Positions 12,301 through 24,258 of a DNA stretch of 64,000 bases are shown here, one piece after another. The notes below the pieces were generated by a model, which did no database searches, was not told where the DNA came from, and worked only from the letters and a program-made list of their open reading frames with translations. This stretch comes from Phoronis australis (lineage: Eukaryota; Animalia; Phoronida), in contig NMRA01000259.1 in NCBI GenBank assembly GCA_002633005.1, positions 357,840 to 421,839 of the forward strand, in the 5' to 3' direction. Position numbers and translations under genes: made by a program. Position 1 is the first letter of the stretch; every line of letters starts with the position of its first letter.

Positions 12301-13753
12301 TTCAGTCGTGGAATAACATCCGAATTCTTCGAATTCTTGACAGTGAAACAGGTTGGGCACAAAACGAACGACTAAATCATGTAAATGAAGATACGAGGCA
12401 GTTAGTTGAATATGCTGTCAAGCGACCACACCGCCCGGGTCTAATCTTTGTACTCGACATAGCGAACTTCAAATTCTTGTTAATATTTCCCATTCTAATA
12501 TCATGCGAACTGAAGATAAATGTCTCTTATTCTGTGCTTGAATTCATTATAGTTTACGTAGATGGCTGTCTAATCCTAGTTTTCACTTCATCACCCCGGC
12601 ATTAAAGTTAAAAGTTCGAGTCTGAACTCGAAATCTCGAGTTTCTACCCGAGTTTGGATCATCAAGTGCGAACTTGGATTAGACTAGCGAAAATCCACAT
12701 CACGGAATAAAACTATCTCGAATTTGGAAATGACAAATAGTTTTGAGTTCGATATCGACTACGCAGATAAGACCCTGGATGGACCATGGGCTGCGTTGCA
12801 CACACCGTATGACATTAGCTTGCACCTGCGTCGAAAAATCTTATGGAGTGGACTCACTGAACTGAATACCACAATTCAACACACCAACCTTAACGACCAC
12901 TCACTTCAGTGGCCGCCATTTAACTCACGTAACTTCGCGAGGTCTTGCGAGATAAGTTTTTCAAGAAAGGAACTAGATCTAAGCAAAGCTCTTTGGCTAC
13001 TGTACGCTTGTCGGGAAGATAATGCTCTTGACCGATCACTCAACATGGTGGTGAGAGTGAGAGACTGACAACAGAAAGGTCTACAGTTCAAACTCCCCTA
13101 TGCCAAAACATTCCAATTTATTTAGTGCTCATCATAGACTACCATGTGTGCACCACATACCCGCATGGCCATACTACTAAGCACCGGAAACCCGCACGGC
13201 AATCGCGCCTGATGTAAATAGGCCACATTTCTAGACCAGCATACCAGGGGCCTGCTTCTCGAAGGGATCAATTGGATTTTTGTGTTTTAAATTCGAATAG
13301 CTAAAAGTTGGCTGCATGTCTTTTGCCTTTCTCTGAACGTTTTGTCTCCTAGAAAAGACGTTATCAAGACTAATCTCATTGGCCACCGCCATTATTGTCA
13401 TGGATCGTGGCGTCACCTAGCGGGGGTGTGTGCCGCGACGAAGTACGCGAGGCGTCGACTTTTAAAGCCGATTTCATTTTGTCAACTTCAAATTTTTGAA
13501 ATGACTTCGTTTAAAACATTTGGAATATAAAATATGAGCACCTAGGCAAAATAATTAGAGTAAATCAAGAAAAAAATCAGGCAGGGAAGCTAACGTAAGT
13601 TACGAGAAATACATTATAAGCCAGAGGGTGACTCAATATTCAGTAGTGACCAGGTAAAAGTACACGATTGACGAATGGGCATGTGCAGAACGTGAAGGAT
13701 TTTGTTCTGGGGGTCAGGAAGTAATAAACATAAGACAGGTCTGCTGAGGGTAG
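9360..13753. repeat. 2.2-kb near-identical tandem duplication (9360-11554 / 11556-13753), joined at a single N
   Basis: Both copies start acttaaatgtgttttgtccta and end ctgctgagggtag, with scattered SNPs and indels. The junction is the 'n' at 11555. Confidence 0.95.
10230..10560. mobile_element. partial copy of the GGG(C/T)C..TCTAATCTTTGTACTC MITE family (duplicate at about 12434-12760)
   Basis: It starts cccgggtctaatctttgtactcgaaa and shares internal aagttcgagtctgaactcgaaat with copies at 59940-60415 and 61016-61392. Confidence 0.65.
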
Positions 13754-13796
13754 TAGCAAAAATACTACATTTTTTTTCAACATAAGATATAGATGG

Positions 13797-13806
13797 ACAA
13801 CAACAA

Positions 13807-13860
<54 letters not shown>
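13797..13860 (+). repeat. (CAA)n microsatellite
   Basis: About 21 near-perfect CAA units. Confidence 0.98.
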
Positions 13861-14096
13861 AATTGTTGCAGCTACTGGTACAACTAACTAGAATTGTAAC
13901 CAAGTTAGAAGAACTTGTTTCTGATTCAAGGCGCTTCGCGTAATCATCGGGCCCTACCCGGCCCCCTGGCCCAACTTCGCCCGAGTGGTGTTTGTGCAGA
14001 TGACAGGATCGTGCAGTCGATTAGAGTAGGCTTTACGTCATTAATTGGAATTGAACGTGCGTGGTTGCTACACCATTATCGTCTATATTATAGTTA

Positions 14097-14376
14097 GCCG
14101 AATGGGTGAACGTTACGCCGTTAAGCTACGTGCGTAAGCTAATTCTTGTTAGGGGCGTAAAGTAATTACTTGCGGCGTAAAGTAATTATATGTGGCGTAA
14201 AGTAATTATTTATGGCGTAAAGCAATAATTACATTACGGCGTAAAGTAAGTATTTGTGGCGCTCAAATTTACTTTACGCCGTAAATAATTGCTTTACGCC
14301 GCAAATAATTTCTTATGCCTCCAACAAGAGTTATCTTACACACGTAATTTAACGACGTAACGTTCACCCATTTGGC
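14097..14376. mobile_element. foldback-like MITE with TTA target duplication (PIF/Harbinger-like)
   Basis: TIRs are GCCGAATGGGTGAACGTTACG...CGTAACGTTCACCCATTTGGC, flanked by TTA on both sides. Internal GGCGTAAAGTAATTA subrepeats (about 20-bp period) occur in both orientations. Confidence 0.85.
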
Positions 14377-15375
14377 TTACGATACACCTTAGGGTAACAT
14401 GGGAGTCTAGAAGTAAATGTCTATAACTAGCTAACCTTTAAAACAGCGAAAGAGCTCTAAAAAGTATTGCGGCGTAAATGTCTTAAAATCGACCAAGAAA
14501 CAAAACAGCAGAAAATATGATTGTTATCTGCTATTGTGGTAATACTTGCTAGCATAGTAAGGCAATGTGCAGGAATTTCAAATTTCGAATTGAAGGTGAT
14601 TGTCAAATGATTGCTGTTCATCCAGTGTCCATTTAGATTGTGGATTGATGGATTGATATGCATGCAGGTATACAAGTGTGCGCGTTTCCATTCTTTTAAA
14701 TCCAGTACACGCCGACGGTAAGTAGGCAGTCCTCTGTCGTTGCTCAAACAAAAACCAGACATTAACTACCGTGTGTTCTTGCACTGAGGAAACAAGCATG
14801 TTCACAGTATTAGGGAAAAGCAGGTCTACACCGAAGAAAACTTGGTCAATGAAGGGTTCCCTTGTCAATCAGTGGCAATGGTGCACAGCCTCGCAGACTT
14901 CACGAGCAACAAACTTGATGGAAAGGATTTCCAATGTTGCGTGTCACTATGCCGAAGGTTCAGTACGCTGAAGTTTCACTACGCCGAAGGTTCATTACTC
15001 GGACTGTCTGCTAATGAGTCAGAACTGACATGAATGAAATGTTGCATTTGTGTCCATTTAGTAACTATTTAAATCGTATACAAGAGTTGAATAGTTCTTA
15101 AAACATTGATTACATTGTTTATAAATTCGCTCCGTTCCAATCACGGCTAATCGTGATTCTTGAACGACTCATTCTCAGCAGGGACAACATCTGGGGCACG
15201 GGCCAGAGTTGCGGCGACCAACGGCGGTTTTAAATTGAAGAAGACTGAATAGGACTCTCTGACTTTGTGAACACTGGTAGGGACAGGATAGCCTTCTAAG
15301 TACATTTAGTTTCCACCAGTTCCGTAGAGTGAGGCAATAATTCATCAATATCCCTATGTACTTCGTATTCTTTTA

Positions 15376-16045
15376 AAGGATACTAAACCCTGGGATGAGT
15401 TCTACCATTCCTCGCTCTGTCATCTGCTAATGCATCATTGGCATCAATCTTCCATGTTAAAAGTATACCAAACCCGGTTTTGTCCTATTAACAGCTACTA
15501 AAAACGACTTTCCCATCCAGTTCTCTAAAACAGACTAATGCTCTGTAACGGGTCAACAAAGTTTTGAAGAAAATTAGAAAACTCCTTACAAATTTTGCTA
15601 AAGGGGCAAGCGTGACCTACGCTTTTAGCGAGTTACGCGACATCTGTAGGAAAAGACCACCCGCCTAGTAGGTATAAATTCTTAGTTGATTCCAAGACTG
15701 ACGCCAATGGTGCATCAGCAGATGAGAGAACGAGGATTGGCTGAAATCATCAAAATAGGGCTCAGAATCCTTTTTAAGGAAAGAATCTATTACAAATTCA
15801 CCCCATGTCACAGTTTGGTCAATATGGTCATTGGTGAGTGGACTTTTACCACACTTGCCGTGTAATTCGCAAAAAGCCTAGGTCACGCTTCGTCCTTTAG
15901 CAAACTTTGAACGGAGTTTTCAGATTGTTCAGCAAACTTTTGAAGCTTGTCAATAGTTACAGAGTATTATTTTGTTTCAGAGAAGTGAAAGGGAAAGTCA
16001 TTTTTAGTATCTGTCAATAGGACAAATCCGGGTTTGGTATCCTAT
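15376..16045. mobile_element. two interleaved inverted-repeat (Kolobok-like, TTAA-flanked) MITE arm pairs
   Basis: 15376-15450 pairs with 15695-15775, and 15465-15640 pairs with 15857-16042. Termini are A(G/A)G(T)ATAC(T/C)AAACCC-like next to TTAA. Confidence 0.65.
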
Positions 16046-16329
16046 TAAAAATGCAAGAACGTACTTAGTTTTCTGTATTCTTAAAACATGCGGGCAATTT
16101 CGTATGCACATGAAATCAATAGTACCCGGACCTTGTTTTCGGTGTAGGTACACCACTCAGCGCTTCGTTATGCAAAAGTATTAAAAATAAACATGGGTTC
16201 GAAATTTTCGACATTTTCGGTGTAGCCAACCTTCGGAGTAGTGAACCTTCAGAAAAGTGGGCTGTTCCAATTTCCAACGATGTAAGTAACACGTAAAAAT
16301 ACAACCAGATAAAAATTTCGTCAAGTCTT

Positions 16330-17000
16330 TCTCAGACTAAAAAATTCCGTCCGAGTATGTATTTAAGCACGCCTGATTTGAAAGTTTGGCGGAAGGTAAC
16401 TCGAGAACGCGAGAACCACCCCCTGCGCAATGCCGTCTACGGGTCTATTAAGAAAGGACATCCAGTGTTTTCACAAGCCCACAAATATGCAGTCGATTTA
16501 GTGAAATTAGTTGACTTCCTATTTGGTACTGTTTTATGCAAACGGGCACTTGACCCTCCTGCATGCGTGTCTGATAGGGACCTGAAACGGGTTGCGACTG
16601 GGGCTGGGATGTGGTGAGTGAAACTTGGGGTAATTGCATGCTCCCAAAAACAGCCAATATGTCCAATGAATACACAGTCCATCTGGGGGCAATTTTACGA
16701 TGCCCTCCAGATCTCGCGTTATTTTTATCTACTCACTATTTTATACTCAATTATCAACAGTTAGCTAAAGGCATACTCAGACTATATTGGCAGGCAAAAT
16801 GGCCAACTTCAAAGCAAATAACAAAGGGAGGCTTCATTTCGCTATTAGTTTTAAGATCCATGTCGAAACAAAAATCTAAACAAACGACATCGTCACTGAG
16901 TGTAACGGGGTTTTTCAAGGTAGTACACGTACTACCGAAGTACCAGCCGAAGTAGGGCTCAATATGTTATCAAGCAGTTACCAAACCATGAAATTAAAAT
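16330..17000 (+). mobile_element. decayed hAT-like DNA transposase remnant
   Basis: It reads 'RENHPLRN' and 'AILRCPPDLA...LAKGILRLYWQAKWPT', recalling the 'NELPLRH...CP.DL...RWLTTANRILRLY' motif order of invertebrate hAT-related transposases. It is frameshifted; the family is recalled from memory. Confidence 0.45.
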
Positions 17001-18734
17001 TTATCATGCACTGAAGTCCAAACCACAGTAGAAAATAAATGTGCCCCTTGAACTGCAATCAAAACTGCACAAAACGTGATGTATCTCCGCCATATATCTA
17101 TGTATCACTGATAAGCCATTTTGACCATGAAGTTGGGCAAGAACTATTTCGTTGAAAACAGGATAGTGCAGTACTTAAATTTGTCCAAAATCAAATGTGA
17201 AGTTTCACCAGAATCTGTCAAGTCGCTATGACAAATAATTGATAGACCAGAAAAATACTGTGGATGCATAAAAATGCTACAGTAGTGTCTAAATTATGTC
17301 GACACAAGTGAACTTAAATTGCGTATACGCTTACATGTACATTAGACAAAATAACCAGTGCTGGTCCAATGATTTGTAAACGGAGTAACGCACCCACTAA
17401 TGTACTCATCACTAACCTATATTATAATTGGATTAATGACGGATGACAACCAGGATGTTGATTGTATGGGATCGTAATAAATAATTTAAAGAAGCCTGGA
17501 ACGCAATAAGGAGACTAAATTGCAATGTTGAAAGTGGTTCTCTGCCACTGAATGAGAATTCAATCTGCTCAATAGGTATTTTTAATTTTTAATTTCTGTT
17601 GATATCAAAAGCTTCTTTTAGTTTCAAATTTCAAAAAACCAATCTGTCAACAGCTCACCATTTCGTCGATTTTCTTTCCACAAGGCAAAACGCGTGTCCT
17701 TATTTCGTATGGCAACACATATAGACATGGAAAATGTGACCTTTGACTCTAAGCAACTGAGTTTGAGCTCATGTGCACATTTATCATGGGTATGAGGGAG
17801 ATTAGAAACTCTATGGTAACTACAGAGTTCTTCCTTCGCGCGACTTTCAAAAATCTTGAAGTTCGTGTTTTTTCTGGAAATTCCTTCACAGGTTAAAGTA
17901 AATTCCTCTGTACTAGACATTGCGAGATGATACTTTCGTTTAAAAGATATTTTGACGAGCTTTCGCGTTCCAAGCCTCTTTAAATAAGTAATAGTGAATA
18001 AATAAATAGCAATAAATCAATAAACATCAACAAATAATAACATAAATTAAAGTATAGATAAAAAGAAATATATGATACTATAACTACAGTATATGTAAAT
18101 TAATAATAATAGTAAATGTAATTATTTTTTAGATCTGAATGTATCAAGACTTCTTAAGTGAACAGTAGAAAGAAATGAAAGAAAGTTGTTAGAAGTACCT
18201 ATAAACTTAAACTAATCAGTAGTTCTCAAAATTATGTGAACCATTTACGATAATTATATCTATGTAAGCGGTCGAATGCAGGTAACAGTAAAAACATTAG
18301 GTCCAAATCACCCAGCCCACATCACTAGTTGACTGGCAACTGTTTCACACAAAAACATCCTTTATTTCAATCGTGTCAGTGGGAAGCGAAAAAAGCCTAA
18401 GTCGCGAATTTTCAATTGACGGTTGACGCAGCCGTAAGCAGCGCAAAAAGCACCGTTGTTTTTTTAACGACCGCAGCCATCATATCTTGCCTTGTCTTGT
18501 AAATAAATCCCTGTGGTTATTTGACACAGCACACTCCTCAGACATAGTACGTACATGTAGAAGTATAGTCTATATAAAGTACATGGTCAAACCTACAATA
18601 ATACCTATAATGGTCCAATCATATATGATCACGGGTCCAGGCACAACGCAAGTATATGGCAAAGTTATGACCAGGCATAATAACGACAAGAACTGTAAAG
18701 AAGCACGCAGATCCAAATCAGAGGCCATGTCACC

Positions 18735-18890
18735 GGGTATAATTCATAGAGCACACGTATCTATCACAACACGAGACATGAAAAATATTGTGGCAAGGTA
18801 TTCACTCGACCGCACTAAGAACTACAATATCCGGGGCACCAAGATGTTAAGTCTGAGGGAACAATAAACATTGTTGCAACACAGAAAATA
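18735..18890 (+). repeat. about 155-bp direct repeat of 20262-20418 (pogo-derived)
   Basis: gggtataattcatagagca...ttgcaacacagaaa occurs twice and is nearly identical. Confidence 0.9.
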
Positions 18891-19132
18891 TTGCAGAAAA
18901 ACTGGATTTTACTAAATGCGGTTGTGTTACGGCAATGCGGCACCTGGTGGAAAAAAACACCGCATGTAGCAGAGGGCGTTAGTTGTTCTTTTTGTCGACT
19001 GCTCGCTGCTTGGCTCCGACGTTTTTCACGTGAGTATCATCGTTTCGTTTCAAACCTACTAAAACGCGTATTTTTTAAGATGGATTACTTTCATGTGGTA
19101 AGCATACTTCTGAATGAAATGACCGAAACGGA

Positions 19133-19915
19133 GGTAATTGTTTACAATATGACGACAATGACTTAGACATATGATTTTGGTATCGTTCAATTCCTCGCAA
19201 TGTTATCTTTCCAAATATACACTGAAATTTCTCCTACCCCGTTCCCTTAGTATTTTATCGTGAAATTTCTTCTAGCACTATTTCCTGGTACGTGGTAGTA
19301 ATACCGCCATGTTGAATGGAAGGAGTCACCTGGCGGTCAAAAAGTGAACTAATCTACCGACTTGCAGATCGTCGCTTTTCATAAATTCAAATTGACCGAG
19401 ACCCGTCAATCCCCTGCCCGAGTTACGGAACCAAGGATTCGAATTCGATCCATGGTGACCCTGATATACGCATCTGCTAGCAGAAATCCGCCAAAACAGC
19501 GGAAGTTGTTTATGAGGTCCAAATTTGTGAAAAGAGTATCACTTCAGACAATTCCGTGGAAAAAATGGTCAAATGGTCACAATTCTAAAAAATGGAAAAG
19601 GTAAAATGCTTGTACTTGTTCATCAATATTATGTCAGGAAAACTTTAGCGGGAATCTCGCGCAGGCAAACACCATTCATTCAGAATCAATGATGGTGTTT
19701 CATTCATTAACAGTAGGTGTCGCTGTAATCTTGAGTTGAGCTAACATGGCGGAGTCCACCGGGAAATAGTGCCAACTGAAATTCGACGATAAAATATGGA
19801 GGAAACGCGGTAGGGATCAATTCATATATTTTTGGAAAGATGACGGCGCGAGGAATCGACGACAATACCAAAATCATATGTCTAAGTCATTGTCGTCATA
19901 TTGTAAACAATTACC
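19133..19915. mobile_element. non-autonomous DNA transposon with about 180-bp TIRs
   Basis: The outer ~50 bp (GGTAATTGTTTACAATATGACGACAATGACTTAGACATATGATTTTGGTAT) are a perfect inverted match. Inner arms are diverged. Flanks cgaaacgga/caaaacaga may be a degenerate TSD. Confidence 0.85.
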
Positions 19916-20162
19916 AAAACAGATTATGTGCGGCAGATGTGGTAGCCATCGGTGATCACATCAGGTATGAAACTTATTGTTTCTGAAAAGCAGCATGGCT
20001 GTTATTCTAATTTTTCGAAGGCGGGTGAACTTGACATAGTTGGCAGGCGAAGTTAGCATGGTCTGCTAACTTTAACCTACACCATGCTAACTCCCCACTC
20101 CCCACCCCCCCAAAGTATATATTTTATGGCCAACTAAAATCGTTTTATTAACCCTTTTCAGG

Positions 20163-20420
20163 ATGCCTCGAACATATAAAAAGAAAAATGTCTTTTTCAA
20201 GTACTCGCCGGAAGATCTAACAAATGCAGTGTCTGCAGCTGAAGGTGGTATGAGTCAAGCTGGGTATAATTCATAGAGCACTTGTCTCTATCACGACACG
20301 AGACATGAAACATATTGTGGCAAGGTATTCACTCGACCGCACTAAGAACTACAATATCCGGGGCACCAAGATGTTAAGTCTGAGGGAACAATAAACATTG
20401 TTGCAACACAGAAAGTATCG
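20163..20420 (+). mobile_element. pogo/Tigger-family transposase 5' remnant (psq-type HTH)
   Basis: ATG at 20163 begins MPRTYKKKNVFFKYSPEDLTNAVSAAEGGMSQA, a typical pogo-like N-terminus. The frame then breaks. Confidence 0.7.
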
Positions 20421-21999
20421 ATGACAGATTCACTTCTTGACCTCGGTGTTCCGGTTAGTATTAATAATAGCGTCATCTGTTTATCTGCACTGTCAATTGA
20501 CCTATCGCCAGGAATATGACTGACGGCTTAACTGGCCAATCAGTACGTAGCATTCTTGGCACACATTCGTCTGCGTTTCCAAGCCGCCATTTTACCCGAC
20601 AAACAACACGTGGTGTAAAACTTATTTTAGTCTATAGCTCAAGAAATTGTGTGATAAGAATGTTGAAACGGTGTTGATATGGCGTGTGTAATTCTGACAG
20701 CTGTTATGCTGCTTGAGAAGAATATCCCCGTCATATTTCGGGGTCTCCTAAGCCCAAAAGTGATGTCAAAAAGTGTAAACTATGGATCAAATTGTGTGAA
20801 CGACCACACGAGCAACTGAACTTGGCAATGTTGCTTGATTACTCGAAGGTTAAACACAAATATATTTATTACAAGATACGCATTTTTCATTTTGGTGGCT
20901 GTAGTGTAGGCCTATCTGATTTTGACTCCAGAATTTTACTCGTGTGGCCACCTTTGTCTCGGTGCCTGCTGGATCTCAGCACTGTAGTCCAGCGGTAGTC
21001 CCCGTAAATTGTTGTTTTTAAGGAAATCTTTATTATTTTCCCTTTATTTCGACCTAATGGACGTTGTTTTGCAGAGGTACATTTTTGTTATTCATGTACC
21101 CGTGGGCTGGCGTTCAAGTGAACATCTCTCCAAAATTGAGAGATTCGATCGGCACAAGGAGGGACACAGGCTTACTGAACTCAAAGCCTTGTTCGAGCTG
21201 TCGTCACGAAATAATAAACTGTTGAATTACTTTTTGATGAAAACCTCTAGTATACCCTTTGCCTGTAGAGTTAGAGAGAGCTAAATTTGAAGTTGTTCAA
21301 ACTTGATATTTAGCTTTATGAAGCTATTTACAAAAAGAATTTGAGTTATTTTTGTAAATAGCCATTTTTGCCACTACACCAGACTTGTCATCTTTTGTAG
21401 CCATACCACAGCTTAGTGATCATGCTACGTTTAAAGCTAACTGAAAGCGACCTTTAAGCCTTGAAACTACAAAAAATGCGAAGTTCATCAGAAGGTAGAC
21501 CTAACTTAAATGTCTTAACAGTGCCTTGAATTACGGCCAATCCCGTGCATTCAATTGACTTGGACCTATCTGAGCTAACTGCTTGCCTAGGACAAGATGA
21601 GTGTGCACCTGAGCTCTGAAACTGAGTTTTTTTTAATCAAAACGTTTCGTTATAAGATTAGACTGAAAGCGTAAACAGTGCTACGGACTCGACCTACTTT
21701 AATAGGGGAGTCCCACCAGTAGTGACCTAGTTTTTATTTGGCGGAATTTAGCAGACAGCAGAATAAAAATATCGATAAATCTTCACTGATTTTGATCGAA
21801 AGATCCTGAATTCTATGGTATAGTGCAGACATTCGACTTTAAGGTACATATCCTGCTTTACATGGACATATCGCATCAAGTGGCCTTGTCGTTTGTCAGG
21901 TGAAGATGAACTCCGTGTGGGGTTCTTCGGATTTTCGCTGGCTCCAAAATACTTTTCCTAGAGCACTTATTAATTTTTTCATCGTCACCTGAATTCCCA

Positions 22000-22477
22000 C
22001 ATCATGGACGTACGATTCTCGTCAAAAATGCATCGTCTGATATCTTTGTCGAAGCGTTTTCGTATACTGCAAAACACTCATCTATTCCACTAGTAACGTC
22101 CTCTAGCGACAATGTATTTGCCTCTGACATCTTGTTTGTTTGTCGGGTGTCACGTGACTTTTCGCAAACGGGGGAGCTTGGGATAGGTCAATTGACCCAG
22201 GACAGTACACGCAGCACAACAACGCACGGCATGGTCCAGCAATTTTCTTATCTTTACAAACGGGAGCAATATCAGGGAAAAAATTGAATGTCTCGTCCCT
22301 CAGCCACGAGCGATCCACCATATTTGTTTTATTATTTCCACACACGCCCGCTATACGTCGTTCCGATCCATGAAACAACCAATGAGCTATGTATTGGAAA
22401 TAACAATGTCCGCCAGTGGCCTTCCAATGGGATTTCGTTGGTAGATTCGTCTCCCTCTCTACGGTCTCTGCCCCTGT
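22000..22477 (-). pseudogene. possible degenerate Kunitz-domain-like coding remnant
   Basis: The open frame reads 'GGHCYFQYIAHWLF...GVCGNNKTN...APVCKDKKIAGPCRALL', and 'RFDKDIRRC' follows in another frame. The cysteine set is incomplete. Confidence 0.3.
22459..22477 (-). CDS. candidate last coding exon of the uncharacterised minus-strand gene (..RQGQRP*)
   Basis: The pyrimidine-rich acceptor TGCTCTTCTAG is phase-2 compatible. An alternative acceptor lies near 22549, and an N gap at 22568-22653 could hide another exon. Confidence 0.35.
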
Positions 22478-22819
22478 CTAGAAGAGCAGAGTACAAATTT
22501 TTGATTTTGATTTCGAGTTCTAGAGATTTTCTGACTTTCAGCGGTTGCCTGAATGCTCATGAAGATGNNNNNNNNNNNNNNNNNNNNNNNNNNNNNNNNN
22601 NNNNNNNNNNNNNNNNNNNNNNNNNNNNNNNNNNNNNNNNNNNNNNNNNNNNNCAGAATCCCCCCCCCCCCCCCCTTCAAAAACGGAACTTAGCTGGCTG
22701 AAACATTCGAAGTACTACAAAAACATTTACATTGATTCAGTTCAAGCCGCTGATCACTAAATAGCCTAAAAATCACCAATGAAAACTTTTTGTTATTTCT
22801 AATGGCGAACTGAACTTAC

Positions 22820-22935
22820 CTGAGCTGCTCTAGTTTATCGTCTTTATTTTCAACCTGGGATGAGACTCGTTTGGGCCGAAGGGGGTATCCATTATACATA
22901 TACGATGCAAAATTTCGCTTTACATTGTCCTCCAT
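22820..22935 (-). CDS. exon 4 of uncharacterised (possibly ciliary) protein: MEDNVKRNFASYMYNGYPLRPKRVSSQVENKDDKLEQL
   Basis: Acceptor TTTTCTTCCTTAG, donor CAG|GTAAGT. It is open in phase 0, in frame with the upstream exons. Confidence 0.75.
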
Positions 22936-24114
22936 CTAAGGAAGAAAATCGGGGAGGTAAAAATTATGAACAAGTTAACACTACATCATAGCCGTGTTTC
23001 AACATTTTAACAGATATTGCAATGTAAACCAACTAACGTTAGGTACAAAGCCATTTAATGTCCTATATTAGCTTTGTCTTTGTCAGAAGAAAGAAAAAAA
23101 CATTTTGAAATAAGGGGAGTTTTAATATTTTCCGCGACTGTGCAGTGTTCGGGGTGGACTTTGCAAGCGTCACAAACTTGATTCACGCGATTTGACCCCA
23201 ACTCGTGTTGGCTGTTAAGAAATTTCAAGGCTCTAAATCTGATATCAATTTATTCGTTTCTCAAATGATATTTTTTATTTACTTGGAAAGAACTGACAGT
23301 TCGCTGTTGCTTGGGGCATGCGCGGCGAATAAAATGCCTCACCGCCGCTGACAAGCCAACTTGTCGAGTCTCCTCTCGAGTAGTACTTGCGCGCATCCAA
23401 GAGGGGCTTGGGGGTCTCGAACAAAACTCAGAAAAAAAATTTGAAAACGAGACAAAAGTCCGCTAAAAAGGCACGAACTACCAAAATTCGACGTATGCAA
23501 AATTCACAGCTCTGAACGTTCCCCGTGAATCTTCGTAAAAGGTCCACATTCTCAAAAATTCGAGCCCCCTTAGGCTCTGTGCACGCATGTAGTAACGAAC
23601 TCCCCTTTCTTTCCAAACCAGAATTCTCCTCTAAGTTGAATCGAGGTTAGCCTCAAGCAATAACCAATTCTCAGTTGTTTCCAACCATCGTAATTATCTC
23701 TAATTTGACAAAGGAACAATTTAAACTAACATTCGTAACGGTAGGTGATCTAAGTCAACAAGTTATTTTTTAACGGAAGTCGCGTTATCGTATCAAAGCT
23801 ATGAAAGGTAGCACTGTGGAGTGTTGTTTAATATAGGTTCTCATTGGTTAAAGTAATGAAACCGACATCATAACATTCAGTCATTCCCATTGGTTGAAGT
23901 CTGGGAATTTCCTTTCAGTTTACTGTTGCGTAGTATAGCGACTACCTTTGACTTGAACAACTGCAATCCATTAAAACGGGCAGTCATCGTAGTAAACAAA
24001 ATCAAAGGAACCCAGATCCAGTGGCTTAAGTCCAAACAAGTACAGTGCATGAAGGCGTGGGCCAGTGGTGGCGATGTAATCGGTGAACTTCCGACCAAGC
24101 ATGCACATTCATAC

Positions 24115-24150
24115 CCACACACGGAATTCCGTGTGTCGTTCATCATGTTT
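24115..24150 (-). CDS. exon 3 (36 nt): KHDERHTEFRVW
   Basis: Acceptor CCCTGTAG, donor TGG|GTATGA, phase 0/0. Confidence 0.6.
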
Positions 24151-24258
24151 CTACAGGGCCACTTTTTATTATAGGTGGCGCTGTGTCAGAGGGTAATTTA
24201 AGTGGTAGCAGATTGAATTAAGTTGATATATAAATTCAGTACAAGCTCCAAAACTTGC

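Noticed and set aside
10531-13530. Duplicated short ORFs as a tandem gene family
   Set aside because: They lie in the probable haplotype duplication and overlap MITE sequence, with no protein features.
13640-13903. Poly-Val ORF (also the poly-His/Asp and YVCM ORFs at 39.6 kb and 49.7 kb)
   Set aside because: These are translations of microsatellites.
14150-14320. CRISPR-like short repeat array
   Set aside because: Spacers are only about 5-8 nt, repeats occur in both orientations inside TIRs, and the context is eukaryotic with no cas genes.
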